Positions 50,264-61,406 of a stretch of 64,000 bases of DNA are shown here, one piece after another. Under the pieces are notes generated by a model. It was not told the DNA's origin and searched no databases. It saw only the letters and a program-made list of their open reading frames with translations. The first letter of the stretch is position 1. The number at the start of each line of letters is the position of its first letter. The translations under genes and the position numbers were made by a program. The stretch comes from an uncultured Pelagibacteraceae bacterium. Its GTDB lineage: Bacteria; Pseudomonadota; Alphaproteobacteria; Pelagibacterales; Pelagibacteraceae. The stretch covers positions 14,009 to 78,008 of the forward strand of contig CACOQC010000002.1 of assembly GCA_902629215.1 (NCBI GenBank), in the 5' to 3' direction.

Positions 50264-51414
50264 TTAAATAAATCTATTAATGCTTTTGCTTTAATATAAT
50301 TCTCATTAAATTCGTGTTGAGCATTACTATCTACAACTACTCCTGAGGCAACTGATATTTCAGAAATATTCTTAAAATTTAAAATTGATCTAATAATAAT
50401 ATTAAATCTCATATCTCCATTAAATTTTATATATCCAAAACTACCTGTGTAAATATTTCTGTTTTCTTTTTCTTGCTTATTTAAAAGATTTAAAGTGTTT
50501 ATTTTAGGACAGCCGATTACTGACCCTCCGGGCATCATAGCTTTTATAATATCTTCATTTTTAATATTCTTTTTTAATTTACCTTTAATAAGACTTACAT
50601 AATGGAAAAGATCCTTATACTCCTCTACAGTTTTTTGTTTAGATAATTTTACTGAACCAGGTTTACATATTCTTGATAAATCATTTCTTTCCATATCAAC
50701 AATCATGTTGTGCTCTTTTGTTTCTTTAATATTTTTTCTAAAATATTTTAGTGCCTTTATTTTATTTAAAGATTTAGTTTTTTTTACTGTTCCGGCTATT
50801 GGTTTTGTAAATATACTAACACCCTTTTTAGTTATTAAGTTTTCTGGTGAACAGCTTATGATTGAGTAATTTTTATCTCTAATCATGAATGCTTCTGGAG
50901 CTAAATTAGTTTTTGATAATTTAGAAAAAAAGTTTAAAGGATCTATCTTTGATTTTGTTTTATATTTAGTACAAATTTTAATTTGATATGTTTCTCCACT
51001 TTTAATCTTTTTTTTAAATTTATTAAAAATTTTATTATAAGAATATTTATTTATATTAATCTTAAAACTACTATTTTTATATCTATCTTTATTTTGATAT
51101 TTTAAATTATTACTTAAACTTATCTTTTTTTCAGGTTTATAAAAAATTCCCTTTGGAAATTTAATACTTTTTTGTTTTGGTATTTTTACACTGATAAGAT
51201 TGTTAAGTATTTCATAACCAAAAAAACCAATATAAAGATCAGTATTTCTAGAGTTATTTTTATGTTTTTTATTTAAAAAACCACTAATATTATAATTGTT
51301 AAGAATAATTTTTTTTGAAAAATTTGTAAATAAATCAAATCCTTTTTTTGATTTATAAATAATGTACGGCTTACCCGAATTATGTACCTCAGCTAATTGG
51401 TTTCGTTTATTCAA
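50260..51414 (-). CDS. Chorismate-binding enzyme, PabB/TrpE family
   Basis: GETYQI, SCSPE, KPIAGT, EHNMIVDMERNDL, PGGSVIGCPK. Confidence 0.9.
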   Translation of the reverse strand: MNKRNQLAEVHNSGKPYIIYKSKKGFDLFTNFSKKIILNNYNISGFLNKKHKNNSRNTDLYIGFFGYEILNNLISVKIPKQKSIKFPKGIFYKPEKKISLSNNLKYQNKDRYKNSSFKININKYSYNKIFNKFKKKIKSGETYQIKICTKYKTKSKIDPLNFFSKLSKTNLAPEAFMIRDKNYSIISCSPENLITKKGVSIFTKPIAGTVKKTKSLNKIKALKYFRKNIKETKEHNMIVDMERNDLSRICKPGSVKLSKQKTVEEYKDLFHYVSLIKGKLKKNIKNEDIIKAMMPGGSVIGCPKINTLNLLNKQEKENRNIYTGSFGYIKFNGDMRFNIIIRSILNFKNISEISVASGVVVDSNAQHEFNENYIKAKALIDLFK

Positions 51415-51415
51415 T

Positions 51416-52636
51416 TTACTCTGTTTTTAATCTTAAAACTGGTTCTTCCTTAATAGGTAAATGTATTATTGCTGCGAAAACAGATAAAGCAATTGCTAAA
51501 TACCACGCATAATCATAAGAGCCATATAGATCATGAAATAAACCTCCTAAATATGCTCCAAAAAAAGATCCTATTTGATGGCTTAAAAAAACTATTCCAT
51601 ACAAAAGACCTAAATATTTTGTTCCAAATAAATGTGCCACTATCCCGCTCGTGGCTGGAACAGTTGAAAGCCATAAAAATCCAAAACTTGCACCAAACAA
51701 AAATGCACTAATGTTACTAGCTGGTGTGAAGATAAAAAGAATGATTGAAATACCTCTTAAAAAATAAATTCCACTTAGGATTATTTTTTTACTCATTTTA
51801 GCTGAAAGATAGCCGCTCAATAGTGAACCAAAAATATTAAATAAGCCAATTAGAGATAATATTGCAGCTGCAGTCCAACTTTCTAGACCTCTGTCTATTA
51901 CATATTTTGGAACGTGCGTTCCAACTAAAGTAATATGAAATCCACATACAAAAAAACCTGATACAAGCAAAATATAGCTTTTTGTTTTAAAAGCCTCAGT
52001 TAAAGCTTCTTTAAATGATTGATCTGATATTTGTTCCGCACTTTCAGCTTTAGATGGAGATCTAACAAAATAAGCTGCTATTAAACCTGTTAATAAGAAT
52101 AAAAGAAAAATAAACAGAGTATAATTCCATCCAAATTCTCTCAAAGAATAATTAGTAAAAATTGGTGATAGAAAATAACCAAAAGAACCTATGGCAGTAA
52201 CAAAACTCATTGCGATTGTTCTAGTTGATAAAGGAAAATGCTTACCAACAACTGACATAGGAATACTTATAGCAGTACCACCTAAACCAATACCTATTAA
52301 TAAACCCATATGAATTTGAAAAAAAATTCCTGTATTTGGTCCTGTATATAAAAAATAGATACCTAGAGAATAAAATATAAACGCAGAAATTATTGCTATA
52401 TGACCACCATATCGATCAGCCACTGCTCCAAAGATAGGACCAGTTAAACCCCACATAAGCATTTGTATACCAATTGCAAAACCAAATGCAGTATTACTAA
52501 TATTTAAACTTTGATTAAAATCTATGAAAAATAAACCAAAAACCTGTCTAACTCCTAATGAAATCAAAACAACAAAACATGCGGCAAATAAAGTGATAAT
52601 TGCTGTTTTAGATTTAAAAAAATTTTCTGATATCAT
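51416..52636 (-). CDS. MFS transporter
   Basis: About 12 TM segments, GAVADRYG, GFFVCGFH, SHQIGSFFG. Confidence 0.92.
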   Translation of the reverse strand: MISENFFKSKTAIITLFAACFVVLISLGVRQVFGLFFIDFNQSLNISNTAFGFAIGIQMLMWGLTGPIFGAVADRYGGHIAIISAFIFYSLGIYFLYTGPNTGIFFQIHMGLLIGIGLGGTAISIPMSVVGKHFPLSTRTIAMSFVTAIGSFGYFLSPIFTNYSLREFGWNYTLFIFLLFLLTGLIAAYFVRSPSKAESAEQISDQSFKEALTEAFKTKSYILLVSGFFVCGFHITLVGTHVPKYVIDRGLESWTAAAILSLIGLFNIFGSLLSGYLSAKMSKKIILSGIYFLRGISIILFIFTPASNISAFLFGASFGFLWLSTVPATSGIVAHLFGTKYLGLLYGIVFLSHQIGSFFGAYLGGLFHDLYGSYDYAWYLAIALSVFAAIIHLPIKEEPVLRLKTE

Positions 52637-53808
52637 TTTAGATGTTTTAACGCTTGTTTAATATCTGCAATCAAGTCGTTGGGTTCTTCAAGACCTATAT
52701 GTAATCTAACAAGATGTTCATCTTTTGCTAAATTCATATATCTTCTCTTCCCAGTTTCTCTAAACTCTTGATGTAAAGCTAAACTTTCAAAACCACCCCA
52801 GCTATAACCATAACCAAATAATTTTAATGAATTCACAAATTTTCTTACTGAATTTATATTTTTTGATTTAATCTTTAATCCCATTAATCCTGAGGCACCT
52901 GAATAGTATTTTTTCCACATTCTAAAATTAAAAGAATCTTTTTTAAAAGGATATAACAATTTAATTTTTTTATTTTTTGAAAGAAAAGCTGCAACTTTTT
53001 TAGCATTTTCTCTATGTCGATCTAATCTAACATCTAAAGTTCTAAGACCTCTAGTAATCAAATAAGCATCATCAGGACCTAATCTTAAACCAGTAATTCT
53101 CTCAGCTTTTTTAACTTTTTCAAAAACTTTTTTATTTACTGCTAAACTCCCTCCCATTACGTCAGAGTGACCTGAATAATATTTTGTTGCTGATACAATT
53201 GACATATCAAATCCAAGTTTAATGGGTTTTAAAAAATATGGTGTTCCCCAAGTATTGTCTATAGCTGTAAAAATTTTATGTTTCTTTGCAATTGAAATAA
53301 TTTTACCCAAATCTTGGAAATCAAATGTATTGCTGCCTGGATTTTCTACAAAAATTAATTTAGTTTTTTTGGAAATATTTTTTTCTAAAGTTTTTAAATC
53401 ATGTGGATTATAAAAAATAGTTTTAATATTAAATTCTTTCAAGTAATCTTCAGTTAAAATTCTTGTTGGACTATATACAGGATCAGCAACCAACATCTCA
53501 TCTCCAGGTCTAACCACACTAAAAATTGCTAAAAAAACTGAACCAAAACCGGTTGGCGTAGTAAAAACATGATAACTTTCCTCAAGTTTGGTTAATATTT
53601 TTTGTAAAATATGCGTTGTTGAAGTTCCCTGTCTACCATAATCATAATGTCCACCTGTTGGGTTTTTTTGTGCTTTAGCTTGCGTCTTTCGAATATGCTT
53701 CATTGACTTAAAAATAATTGTAGAAGCTCTTACTACTGGAGGGTTTACAGACTGATTATGAAAATCTTTAGCAGTATGCTTTAAGAATGTTTTAAAAGAT
53801 TTTACCAT
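52633..53808 (-). CDS. metC: Cystathionine beta-lyase
   Basis: VNPPVVRASTI, YGRQGT, IDNTW, SATKYYSGHSD (PLP Lys), YSWGGFESL; probable start at 53808. Confidence 0.9.
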   Translation of the reverse strand: MVKSFKTFLKHTAKDFHNQSVNPPVVRASTIIFKSMKHIRKTQAKAQKNPTGGHYDYGRQGTSTTHILQKILTKLEESYHVFTTPTGFGSVFLAIFSVVRPGDEMLVADPVYSPTRILTEDYLKEFNIKTIFYNPHDLKTLEKNISKKTKLIFVENPGSNTFDFQDLGKIISIAKKHKIFTAIDNTWGTPYFLKPIKLGFDMSIVSATKYYSGHSDVMGGSLAVNKKVFEKVKKAERITGLRLGPDDAYLITRGLRTLDVRLDRHRENAKKVAAFLSKNKKIKLLYPFKKDSFNFRMWKKYYSGASGLMGLKIKSKNINSVRKFVNSLKLFGYGYSWGGFESLALHQEFRETGKRRYMNLAKDEHLVRLHIGLEEPNDLIADIKQALKHLK

Positions 53809-53878
53809 AAAAAAATTGATATGCTTTAAGGACAATGCTATATCCAGGCATTAATTTCAATTATAAAAAGAGGTTAGA

Positions 53879-53962
53879 ATGGGTTATCCAAAGAAACATA
53901 GAGGCCGAAGAAAAATGGGCTCAAAAAAAAGAAGAGCTAGAAAAAAGAACAAAAAGAAATAA
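53879..53962 (+). CDS. Tiny highly basic protein (27 aa)
   Basis: Manual ORF MGYPKKHRGRRKMGSKKRRARKKNKKK preceded by an AGAGG ribosome-binding site. Confidence 0.65.
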   Translation: MGYPKKHRGRRKMGSKKRRARKKNKKK

Positions 53963-53978
53963 TTTTTCTATATAAAAT

Positions 53979-54665
53979 ATGGCCAATATTGATAAAGTAA
54001 GGTCAGTTTCTATTTGGATATTCATAATTCCATTTTTTGCAGTAAATACTTGTTTAATAATCGTAACAAATTTTCATGAAATTTTAGAACCTGGGGTACC
54101 CATCAATCCAACTTTTCCTTATTTTGATGGTGAGGTATCAATAAGTAGAACAGTTAGAGATTACCCTTTGTATTTAATTTTTAAGCCAGCAATGTTTATT
54201 ACATCATTTTTATTAGTGCGTTATTGGTTGAATACAAAAAAGATAATAAATTTTTTTGATGAAAATTATATACATACTAAGAAAATTATTTTTTTCGGAA
54301 TTAGTTCTGCTATATTGCTGTCAATACACTCAATTTTTTTAGGTATAAAATTTGATAATGATCTTTATAAACTTTTTAGAAGAGTTGTTATGTTATCATT
54401 TATTATTTTTGAATTAATTGCTCAAGCATACCTTATTAATTTTTTTTATAAATTTAAAAATAAAATTATAAACTTTATTAATGAATTTTATTTAAGATTA
54501 AAACGAATCTTGATAATAACTTTAATTTCAATTTCGATTATAGTTCTACCATTCTTACCTTTTGATAATTTCAAATTTTTAAAGCATGCAATAGAATGGA
54601 ATGTTTTTTTAGGAGTAATTATATTTTATCTTTTAACTTTTTTAATGTGGAAAAAAACTAATTAG
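53979..54665 (+). CDS. Hypothetical multi-pass membrane protein
   Basis: About 6 TM segments, [15 protein letters not shown] near the C-terminus. Confidence 0.75.
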   Translation: MANIDKVRSVSIWIFIIPFFAVNTCLIIVTNFHEILEPGVPINPTFPYFDGEVSISRTVRDYPLYLIFKPAMFITSFLLVRYWLNTKKIINFFDENYIHTKKIIFFGISSAILLSIHSIFLGIKFDNDLYKLFRRVVMLSFIIFELIAQAYLINFFYKFKNKIINFINEFYLRLKRILIITLISISIIVLPFLPFDNFKFLKHAIEWNVFLGVIIFYLLTFLMWKKTN

Positions 54666-55776
54666 ATATCCAGCCACCACCTAAAACTTTAAAACCTAAA
54701 GAATCTTTGCTATAAAATACACAAGCTTGACCAGGAGAAATACCATCTTCAGGAATTTTTAATTCAACCAAAGCTTCATCATCATTTTTAAAATTTATCT
54801 TAGCTTTTAAAAGTTTTCCTGTCGATCTTACTTTTACTAAAATTTCTTTTTCGAAATCTTTATTATCAGACAATAAATTTAATCTATTTAAGGAAATTAT
54901 TTTTTTTCCAAGTTTTTCTCTTGGTCCAACAATAATTTCATTTTTTTCAGCATCTATTTTAATTACATACAAAGCATCTCTGTCTGAAACTTTTATCCCT
55001 TTTCTTTGTCCAATAGTAAAATTAATTATACCATCATGAACTCCAATTACTTTCCCATTAAGATCTTTTATATTTCCTTTTTTATAAGAATCTGGTCTAA
55101 ATTTTTGTATAACAGATGCATAATCACCATTGGGAACAAAACAAATATCTTGGCTATCTGGTTTATCGGCTACATTTAATTCCAATTTCTTTGCAATTTC
55201 TCTTGTCTCATCTTTTAGCATACCTCCAAGAGGAAATCTTAAATAATTAAGTTGTTCTCTTGTTGTATTAAATAAAAAATAACTTTGATCTCTATTTTCA
55301 TCTATGGCTCTATACATGTTTGTTTGGTTGTCCGAAGTAACACTTTGTACATAATGACCAGTAACCATTGCATCAGCTTTTAAATCTTTAGAAACTTCAA
55401 ATAAATCCCTAAATTTAACTGTTTGATTACATTGAACGCATGGAATTGGTGTTTCACCTTTTAAATAACTGTTTACAAAGTTATCTATAACTCCTTGCTT
55501 AAATTTATTTTGATAATATAAAATTTTATGTTCGATGCCTAGTTTATGCGCAACTCTTTTTGCATCCATAATATCTTGTCCTGAACAACATTGTTTCGAT
55601 TCAGCGACATCCTTTCCATCATCATATAATTTTAATGTTATTCCTATTACATTAAATCCATCTTTTTTCATCATGCCAGCAACTGTTGAAGAATCAACGC
55701 CTCCTGACATTGCTACAACTACTGTTGTATCTGAAGGTTTTTTATTCAAACCTATTGTATTTAATTCATTATTCAT
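54658..55776 (-). CDS. mnmA: tRNA 2-thiouridine(34) synthase
   Basis: [48 protein letters not shown]. Confidence 0.98.
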   Translation of the reverse strand: MNNELNTIGLNKKPSDTTVVVAMSGGVDSSTVAGMMKKDGFNVIGITLKLYDDGKDVAESKQCCSGQDIMDAKRVAHKLGIEHKILYYQNKFKQGVIDNFVNSYLKGETPIPCVQCNQTVKFRDLFEVSKDLKADAMVTGHYVQSVTSDNQTNMYRAIDENRDQSYFLFNTTREQLNYLRFPLGGMLKDETREIAKKLELNVADKPDSQDICFVPNGDYASVIQKFRPDSYKKGNIKDLNGKVIGVHDGIINFTIGQRKGIKVSDRDALYVIKIDAEKNEIIVGPREKLGKKIISLNRLNLLSDNKDFEKEILVKVRSTGKLLKAKINFKNDDEALVELKIPEDGISPGQACVFYSKDSLGFKVLGGGWISN

Positions 55777-55817
55777 TTGATGGTATTTATACCTTTTTCT
55801 ATTATAAGTTAAATTAA

Positions 55818-55994
55818 ATGATTTTCGATTTTGAACCAGGTGACAAAGTTATAAATCCAGCGGATAAAGATTGGGGAATAGGACAAGTTCAATCAATAAT
55901 AAAAGATAAAGTGACTGTAAATTTTGAAAATGTGGGAAAAAAAGTAATCAATACAAAAAATATAGAGCTTATTAAACTGAATGATAGAAATTGA
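55818..55994 (+). CDS. DUF3553-like small protein
   Basis: Manual [48 protein letters not shown]... Confidence 0.85.
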   Translation: MIFDFEPGDKVINPADKDWGIGQVQSIIKDKVTVNFENVGKKVINTKNIELIKLNDRN

Positions 55995-56754
55995 TATTAA
56001 AAAAATTGTAGAGAGCTTAATAGATACTTTTTTAGAAGCAGGAAAAATTTCTTTAGAACTAAGAAAAAAAGGTTTGATTAAAAAAATTAAATCAGATAAT
56101 ACGCCAGTTAGTAATGGTGATTTAGAAGTTAATAAGATTATTACTCAAAAAATATCTTACTTAAATCCGTCAATTCCTATTATTTCTGAAGAAACTTCTG
56201 AAAATAGATTTAAAAATGATCTTAATGATTTTTGGTTAATTGATCCAATTGATGGAACTTACGATTATATTAATGATCTTGATCAATTTACTATTAATGC
56301 AGGATTAATTTTAAATAAAAAACCTGCGGCAGGTTTAATATTTGCTCCCGCCAAAAATAGAATGTTTTATTCTTATGGGGACCAACTTGCTTTTGAACTT
56401 ATTGAAGGTGAACCGGTAAAATTAAATTGTTCAAATAATTTTGATAAAGATCAAATTAAATTTGTCTCTTATTCAAATAAATTGAAACCAGAAATTGAGA
56501 AAATTCATAAAGATTTAAATGTAAAAAAATTTATAAAAATGAAAAGTTCATTTAAATTTTGTGTAATTGCTTCAGGAGAATTTGATGGTTATGTTGCTGA
56601 ACCTAGAGCTTTTGAATGGGATATAGCTGCTGGTCATGCAATTCTCAAACATGCTGGTGGTAGTGTAACCGATTTTAATGGTAAAGAAATATTTTATGGT
56701 AAAAAAGATTTCAAAAATACAAGTCTTATCTTAAAAAGTAAAAATATACTATAA
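55981..56754 (+). CDS. cysQ: 3'(2'),5'-bisphosphate nucleotidase (inositol monophosphatase family)
   Basis: KSDNTPV, ISEE, WLIDPIDGT, EWDIAAGHAIL. Confidence 0.88.
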   Translation: MIEIDIKKIVESLIDTFLEAGKISLELRKKGLIKKIKSDNTPVSNGDLEVNKIITQKISYLNPSIPIISEETSENRFKNDLNDFWLIDPIDGTYDYINDLDQFTINAGLILNKKPAAGLIFAPAKNRMFYSYGDQLAFELIEGEPVKLNCSNNFDKDQIKFVSYSNKLKPEIEKIHKDLNVKKFIKMKSSFKFCVIASGEFDGYVAEPRAFEWDIAAGHAILKHAGGSVTDFNGKEIFYGKKDFKNTSLILKSKNIL

Positions 56755-56897
56755 TGGATGAACAATTAAGAATTATATTAATTATAATTATTTCAGTTTC
56801 AATATTTGGATTACTTGTTTTTGTTTTTGTGCGGAATTATATTAAAAATAAAATTGATTTATTAGTAAAAAACGAAAAAAAAAATAAATCAGAGTAA
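56754..56897 (+). CDS. Small hypothetical membrane protein (47 aa)
   Basis: Manual ORF coupled to the cysQ stop (TAATG): MDEQLRIILIIIISVSIFGLLVFVFVRNYIKNK... Confidence 0.55.
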   Translation: MDEQLRIILIIIISVSIFGLLVFVFVRNYIKNKIDLLVKNEKKNKSE

Positions 56898-57452
56898 TCT
56901 AATTATTTTTAAATAATCATCTTTTTTAATTTCCATCACTTTTTTTGATGTTTCAAAATCAAAACCATTTCTTGCTAATAAAGAAATATCTTTTTTATAA
57001 AATAAGTATCTATTATCCTCTATTCTTGCTGGACCAATTCGTTTTTTTTTACAAAGCTTAATAGCTGAAAAAAAATCTTGTTCTGAATTTTCATCTGTAA
57101 TTTTATTAACTGTATCTTTAATAAATTCATTATTTATTCCCTTATTAATTAAATAATTTCTTATTTTATTGATTGAATTTCCTCTTTGGATCATGCTTTT
57201 TGCTTTACTTTCTGAATAAAACTTATCATTTATAAATTTACTTTTCTCTAAATCAGATAAAACTATATCAATTAAAGTTATTACATCCTTTTTTTTAACA
57301 TTTGACACAGAGATTTTAAGATATTTCTTTAAAAGGTATGTTTTGAGTTGTTGCTTAGACGGAGCATATTTTTCAACATAAGCTAAAGCAAAGTTTCTCA
57401 TTTCATCAACAGTTACTTGTAATGTTTTTTTTTTATTTCTTATAGGAATCAT
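56889..57452 (-). CDS. recX: Regulatory protein RecX family
   Basis: ALAYVEKY, FINDKFYSE, IRNYLINKGI, LARNGFDF. Confidence 0.82.
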   Translation of the reverse strand: MIPIRNKKKTLQVTVDEMRNFALAYVEKYAPSKQQLKTYLLKKYLKISVSNVKKKDVITLIDIVLSDLEKSKFINDKFYSESKAKSMIQRGNSINKIRNYLINKGINNEFIKDTVNKITDENSEQDFFSAIKLCKKKRIGPARIEDNRYLFYKKDISLLARNGFDFETSKKVMEIKKDDYLKIIRLL

Positions 57453-57480
57453 ATCTAGATTTAATATAATATATTTTAAA

Positions 57481-57954
57481 ATGATCGAACAAATTTATAA
57501 TTATTTTTCAATTGAAATGCTTTACTTCTGGGTAAATTTAGGTGTTCTTCCATTTTGGTTAATTTTAATTTTTGCTCCTCAATCTCATATCAGTAGAATT
57601 TTTGTAACATCTATTTTTCCAATTTTAATATTAAGCGCTGCTTATATATTTGTGCTTTACAAATCTTATTTGAGTTCTTTTGATTTTGTAAATAATTTTA
57701 ACCTATATTTAGGAATAGATAATATATCTAATTTATTTTCAAATAATAATTTCTTAATAATGTTTTGGATACATTTTATTGCAATAAATCTTTTTACAGG
57801 AGGTTGGATTGTAAATGACTCACAAAAATTTCAAATAAGTAAAATGCTTTTGATTATTCCTCTATTAACCACTTATTTAATTGGTCCATTAGGTTTAATC
57901 TTATATTGGTTGATTAGAATCTTTTATGCAAAAAGTATAAATCTTTATGACTAA
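57481..57954 (+). CDS. ABA4-like (DUF4281) membrane protein
   Basis: VLPFWLILIFAP, WIHFIAINLFTGGWI, GPLGLILY. Confidence 0.82.
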   Translation: MIEQIYNYFSIEMLYFWVNLGVLPFWLILIFAPQSHISRIFVTSIFPILILSAAYIFVLYKSYLSSFDFVNNFNLYLGIDNISNLFSNNNFLIMFWIHFIAINLFTGGWIVNDSQKFQISKMLLIIPLLTTYLIGPLGLILYWLIRIFYAKSINLYD

Positions 57955-58522
57955 ATCAATTGATTTTTATTTTGATTTTATTAGTCCTTATTCCTATTTA
58001 GCTTACAAAAAAATTGATAAACTTGGTAAGGTTAATATTAATTATAAACCTATATTATTAGGCGGCCTTCATAAACTCGGGGGTATTACTGCGCCTGCAT
58101 TTAATGAACGTAAAATGAAAAACATGAAAAATGATTGTGAGTTGGTTGCAAAAAAAAATAATATTCAATTTAAATGGAATACAAAATTTCCAATCAACTC
58201 ATTATCCTTAATGAGAGGATATCTAGTTGTTGAGCCAGAATTAAAAAAAGAATATTTCAATAATTGTTTTGAGGCTTACTGGAAAAATAATATTGATATT
58301 TCAGTTGAAAAAAATATTAAAGAAATTTTAAAAAATACAAATGTAGATGAAATTAATTTTTTTAGAAAAATATCACTTGAAAAAATAAAAGAGAATTTAA
58401 AGGAATTAACAAACACTGCATTCAAAAAAGATATTTTCGGTGCTCCTACCTTTGTCGTAAATAATAAAATTTTTTGGGGACAAGATAGACTTGATTATGC
58501 TTTAGATGAATATCATTCTTAA
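57947..58522 (+). CDS. 2-hydroxychromene-2-carboxylate isomerase / kappa-GST (DsbA-like) family protein
   Basis: FYFDFISPYSYL, PILLGG, IFGAPTF, FWGQDRL. Confidence 0.9.
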   Translation: MTKSIDFYFDFISPYSYLAYKKIDKLGKVNINYKPILLGGLHKLGGITAPAFNERKMKNMKNDCELVAKKNNIQFKWNTKFPINSLSLMRGYLVVEPELKKEYFNNCFEAYWKNNIDISVEKNIKEILKNTNVDEINFFRKISLEKIKENLKELTNTAFKKDIFGAPTFVVNNKIFWGQDRLDYALDEYHS

Positions 58523-60213
58523 TTTTCAAGATTATTCATATAATAAATTTTATAATCGAATATAGTTTTTACCCTTAAATTTATATTTTTACTTTGCGAG
58601 CATGGTGATATTGAGTAACCACACAAATCATTATTTTTCGGTGTGTAATGTGTAAAATTATTTTGATCATCATATAATTTTGTAATTTGCTTATTTTTTT
58701 TATCATTATATAAAATATTAGGCATTACTGTATTCAGCCTATTATCGTAAATTCTTATTAAATTTTTCGATAATACAGTTATTACAACAAAAATTATAAA
58801 AAAATTGAAATATCTATAAAATAGAAAAATTTTGTTCGAATCCAAATTGCGAAAAAAAGTTAAGTAAAAAAATAAAATTATTGTTAAAAAAATTTGTGAA
58901 ATTCCTAGTCTATAAACAGGAAATTTTAAGAACCATAATAATAAAAAACAAAAATTGAAAATAAATAAGTATATAAGGTTTTTATTGTATAAATTTTTTT
59001 TTAAACTTTTCGATAAATAAAATAAAAGGAAATTTACTATAAAAAAAATTATAACTGGCAAAATCTTTTCAAAAACAAATAAAAAATGATTATTAATCCA
59101 GGTTTCGATCCAATTAAAATCTTTTATAAATTCCGATTTATTAAAAGTTTTGAACTCTTTTTGATCTGGCCAACCTTTTGACCAAGCTTCATTTATTAGA
59201 GTATTTTCCTTTAAACTATTTACTTTCCATAAAATATTATCATTACAAGTGAAATTAAAAGGATATACTAAACAACCAGTTGTAAAAATATTTTTAATTA
59301 ACCAAATTATAAAAAATATATAACAAAAAATTAATGATTTAGATTTTAAAAAATCTTTTTTTTTTTTTAAATTTAAAAATAAAAAAAATGGAATTAATAA
59401 AACAACAATAAAAGTGGGTTTAGTAAAAAAAATAAAAATACTTATAAAAGATAATTCTTTTATTATATCAATATTCTTTTCAACTAATAAATATTTTAAT
59501 GTTAGAATTGTGAAAAAAAAATAAAAAAAATGAGACTGCGCATCGTTACCATACTCACTATACCTATTAAATGCATACAAACTTAAGATTAAGATTAAAA
59601 AATTAAAATATGAATATGTAGTAGCAATTTTTAAAAAAAAATTTTTTTTAAATTCGTTATAAACAAATAAGAAAAAAAATGCCCCTACTAGAGATATTGG
59701 AATTAACAAACCATTATATAAAAATAAATAGTTATAAAAAAAACTCGAAATATATTGAAAAATGGAAATATGTGCAAATCTATCATGGATATTAGCAACT
59801 CCTAAAATGATTTTATGTTCATTAAGAATATTTGAGTAAGGTAAATGATATAACCATGCGTCTGGTCTATTTACCGTTGAATATATTATAATTAAAAAAG
59901 ATATACAGGTTACAATAAAGCTTTTTTTTAATATTTCTTTTTTATCATTTTTAAAAAAGTTAAATTTTACTGCAACAATAGTTATTATTAAAAAAATAAT
60001 TGAGTTATAAATTAAATTTAATGGTGCAAAAAAATTAAGTAAAACAGAAATAAAACCTATTATAATAAAACCATGTAATCCATCCTCTTCAAACCTTTGC
60101 TTATATTTATGATTAACAAAACCTTTTTTAAATAGATAACCGCTCAAAGATAAGAAAATTGCTAAAATATAAATTTGTAAAAAAATTAAAATTAAATTAA
60201 AAAAAATAGGCAT
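58519..60213 (-). CDS. Multi-pass membrane protein, probable GT-C-type glycosyltransferase (LIC_10190-like)
   Basis: More than 12 TM segments, DAWLYHLPY, TTGCLVYP, very AT-rich; follows a GT2 gene. Confidence 0.65.
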   Translation of the reverse strand: MPIFFNLILIFLQIYILAIFLSLSGYLFKKGFVNHKYKQRFEEDGLHGFIIIGFISVLLNFFAPLNLIYNSIIFLIITIVAVKFNFFKNDKKEILKKSFIVTCISFLIIIYSTVNRPDAWLYHLPYSNILNEHKIILGVANIHDRFAHISIFQYISSFFYNYLFLYNGLLIPISLVGAFFFLFVYNEFKKNFFLKIATTYSYFNFLILILSLYAFNRYSEYGNDAQSHFFYFFFTILTLKYLLVEKNIDIIKELSFISIFIFFTKPTFIVVLLIPFFLFLNLKKKKDFLKSKSLIFCYIFFIIWLIKNIFTTGCLVYPFNFTCNDNILWKVNSLKENTLINEAWSKGWPDQKEFKTFNKSEFIKDFNWIETWINNHFLFVFEKILPVIIFFIVNFLLFYLSKSLKKNLYNKNLIYLFIFNFCFLLLWFLKFPVYRLGISQIFLTIILFFYLTFFRNLDSNKIFLFYRYFNFFIIFVVITVLSKNLIRIYDNRLNTVMPNILYNDKKNKQITKLYDDQNNFTHYTPKNNDLCGYSISPCSQSKNINLRVKTIFDYKIYYMNNLEN

Positions 60214-60250
60214 AAATTTAGAACCTTTAAATTTTTATTAAATAAAACTT

Positions 60251-60940
60251 TTATCTGAACAAATTATAATAAAAAATACATCTAAGAGCACTAAAACCAT
60301 CTCGCCATGTTATTTTTTTTCCTTCAGAATATGTCCTTCCAAAATATTTAACTCCCACTTCATATATTCGAATATTTTTTTTTGAAATTTTTGCTGTAAT
60401 TTCTGGCTCAAAACCAAATCTGTTCTCTTCTAATTTTATATCCTTTATAATATTAGTTTTAAAAACCTTATAACAAACTTCCATATCAGTAAGATTTAGG
60501 TTTGTAAGCATGTTAGATAAAAGTGTTAATAACTTATTTCCTATCATATGCCAAAAGTATAAAACTCTCTTTTCTTCTGATCCAATAAATCTTGATCCAT
60601 ATACAACATCAGCAAAACCCTCTTTTATTGGTTTTAACAATCTTATATAGTCACTAGGATCATATTCCAAATCTGCATCTTGAATTATGATTATATCACC
60701 AGATGCTTTCTCAATCCCTTTTCGAATTGAATAACCTTTTCCATAATTTTTTTCATTCAATATTAAAAGATTGATATTTTCTTTAAGTTCATCTTCGAGA
60801 ATATTTCTTGTTTTGTCAGTTGAATAATCATCAATGACGATTATCTCATCATTTTCATTTATATTTTTTTTTACGGAGTAAATTATTTCTTTAATAGTTT
60901 TTTCTTCATTATAACAGGGTATAATAACACTAGTATTCAT
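60251..60940 (-). CDS. Glycosyltransferase family 2 (polyprenol-phosphate glycosyltransferase-like)
   Basis: IIPCYNE, IDDYSTD, NYGKG, QDADLEY, VYGSRF, FGFEPE. Confidence 0.93.
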   Translation of the reverse strand: MNTSVIIPCYNEEKTIKEIIYSVKKNINENDEIIVIDDYSTDKTRNILEDELKENINLLILNEKNYGKGYSIRKGIEKASGDIIIIQDADLEYDPSDYIRLLKPIKEGFADVVYGSRFIGSEEKRVLYFWHMIGNKLLTLLSNMLTNLNLTDMEVCYKVFKTNIIKDIKLEENRFGFEPEITAKISKKNIRIYEVGVKYFGRTYSEGKKITWRDGFSALRCIFYYNLFR

Positions 60941-61004
60941 AAAATCTTTTCAATTTAAAGTTAGTTTAATAATTTAATTTGTCATTATTAATATTGAATA
61001 ATTT

Positions 61005-61406
61005 TTAATCTTTAAGGGCTTTTTTTAAGTATTTTTTATCAAGATTACAATTTTTATAACCAAGTTTAACTATATTTAAATATCTTTCAGTAGGATACCT
61101 AAATGGAGATTTTTTCACCATGGTATAGGTCATCACTTTTTTTCCATAATAATAAAAATAATATTTTTTATACAAAATAGGAAAGTCTTCATAAACATCT
61201 AATTTTTTTTCGTCACTTTTAGAAATTTCAAATAAACCTCCAGGTACTAATGAACCCTTTTTTTTTTCGATATCAGCAGCTCTATACTTGCTTCTAAAGG
61301 TTAATCTAAAATTTTTTAATTTAATTTTTTTAAGAAAAATACTATCCTTACATCTACGTTTCATTTGGAAATGATGAAGGTTACTCCCGTAAGCAAAATA
61401 AAGCAT
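61005..61406 (-). CDS. Gamma-glutamylcyclotransferase family protein
   Basis: YFAYGSNL, LDVYE. Confidence 0.88.
   Translation of the reverse strand: MLYFAYGSNLHHFQMKRRCKDSIFLKKIKLKNFRLTFRSKYRAADIEKKKGSLVPGGLFEISKSDEKKLDVYEDFPILYKKYYFYYYGKKVMTYTMVKKSPFRYPTERYLNIVKLGYKNCNLDKKYLKKALKD

Noticed and set aside
53809-53860. SAM riboswitch upstream of metC
   Set aside because: Only a short AATGC/GCATT stem; I could not match a SAM-II or SAM-V consensus
59340-59650. Long poly-A/T tracts as phase-variation switches
   Set aside because: Such tracts are common throughout this AT-rich window and the reading frame is intact
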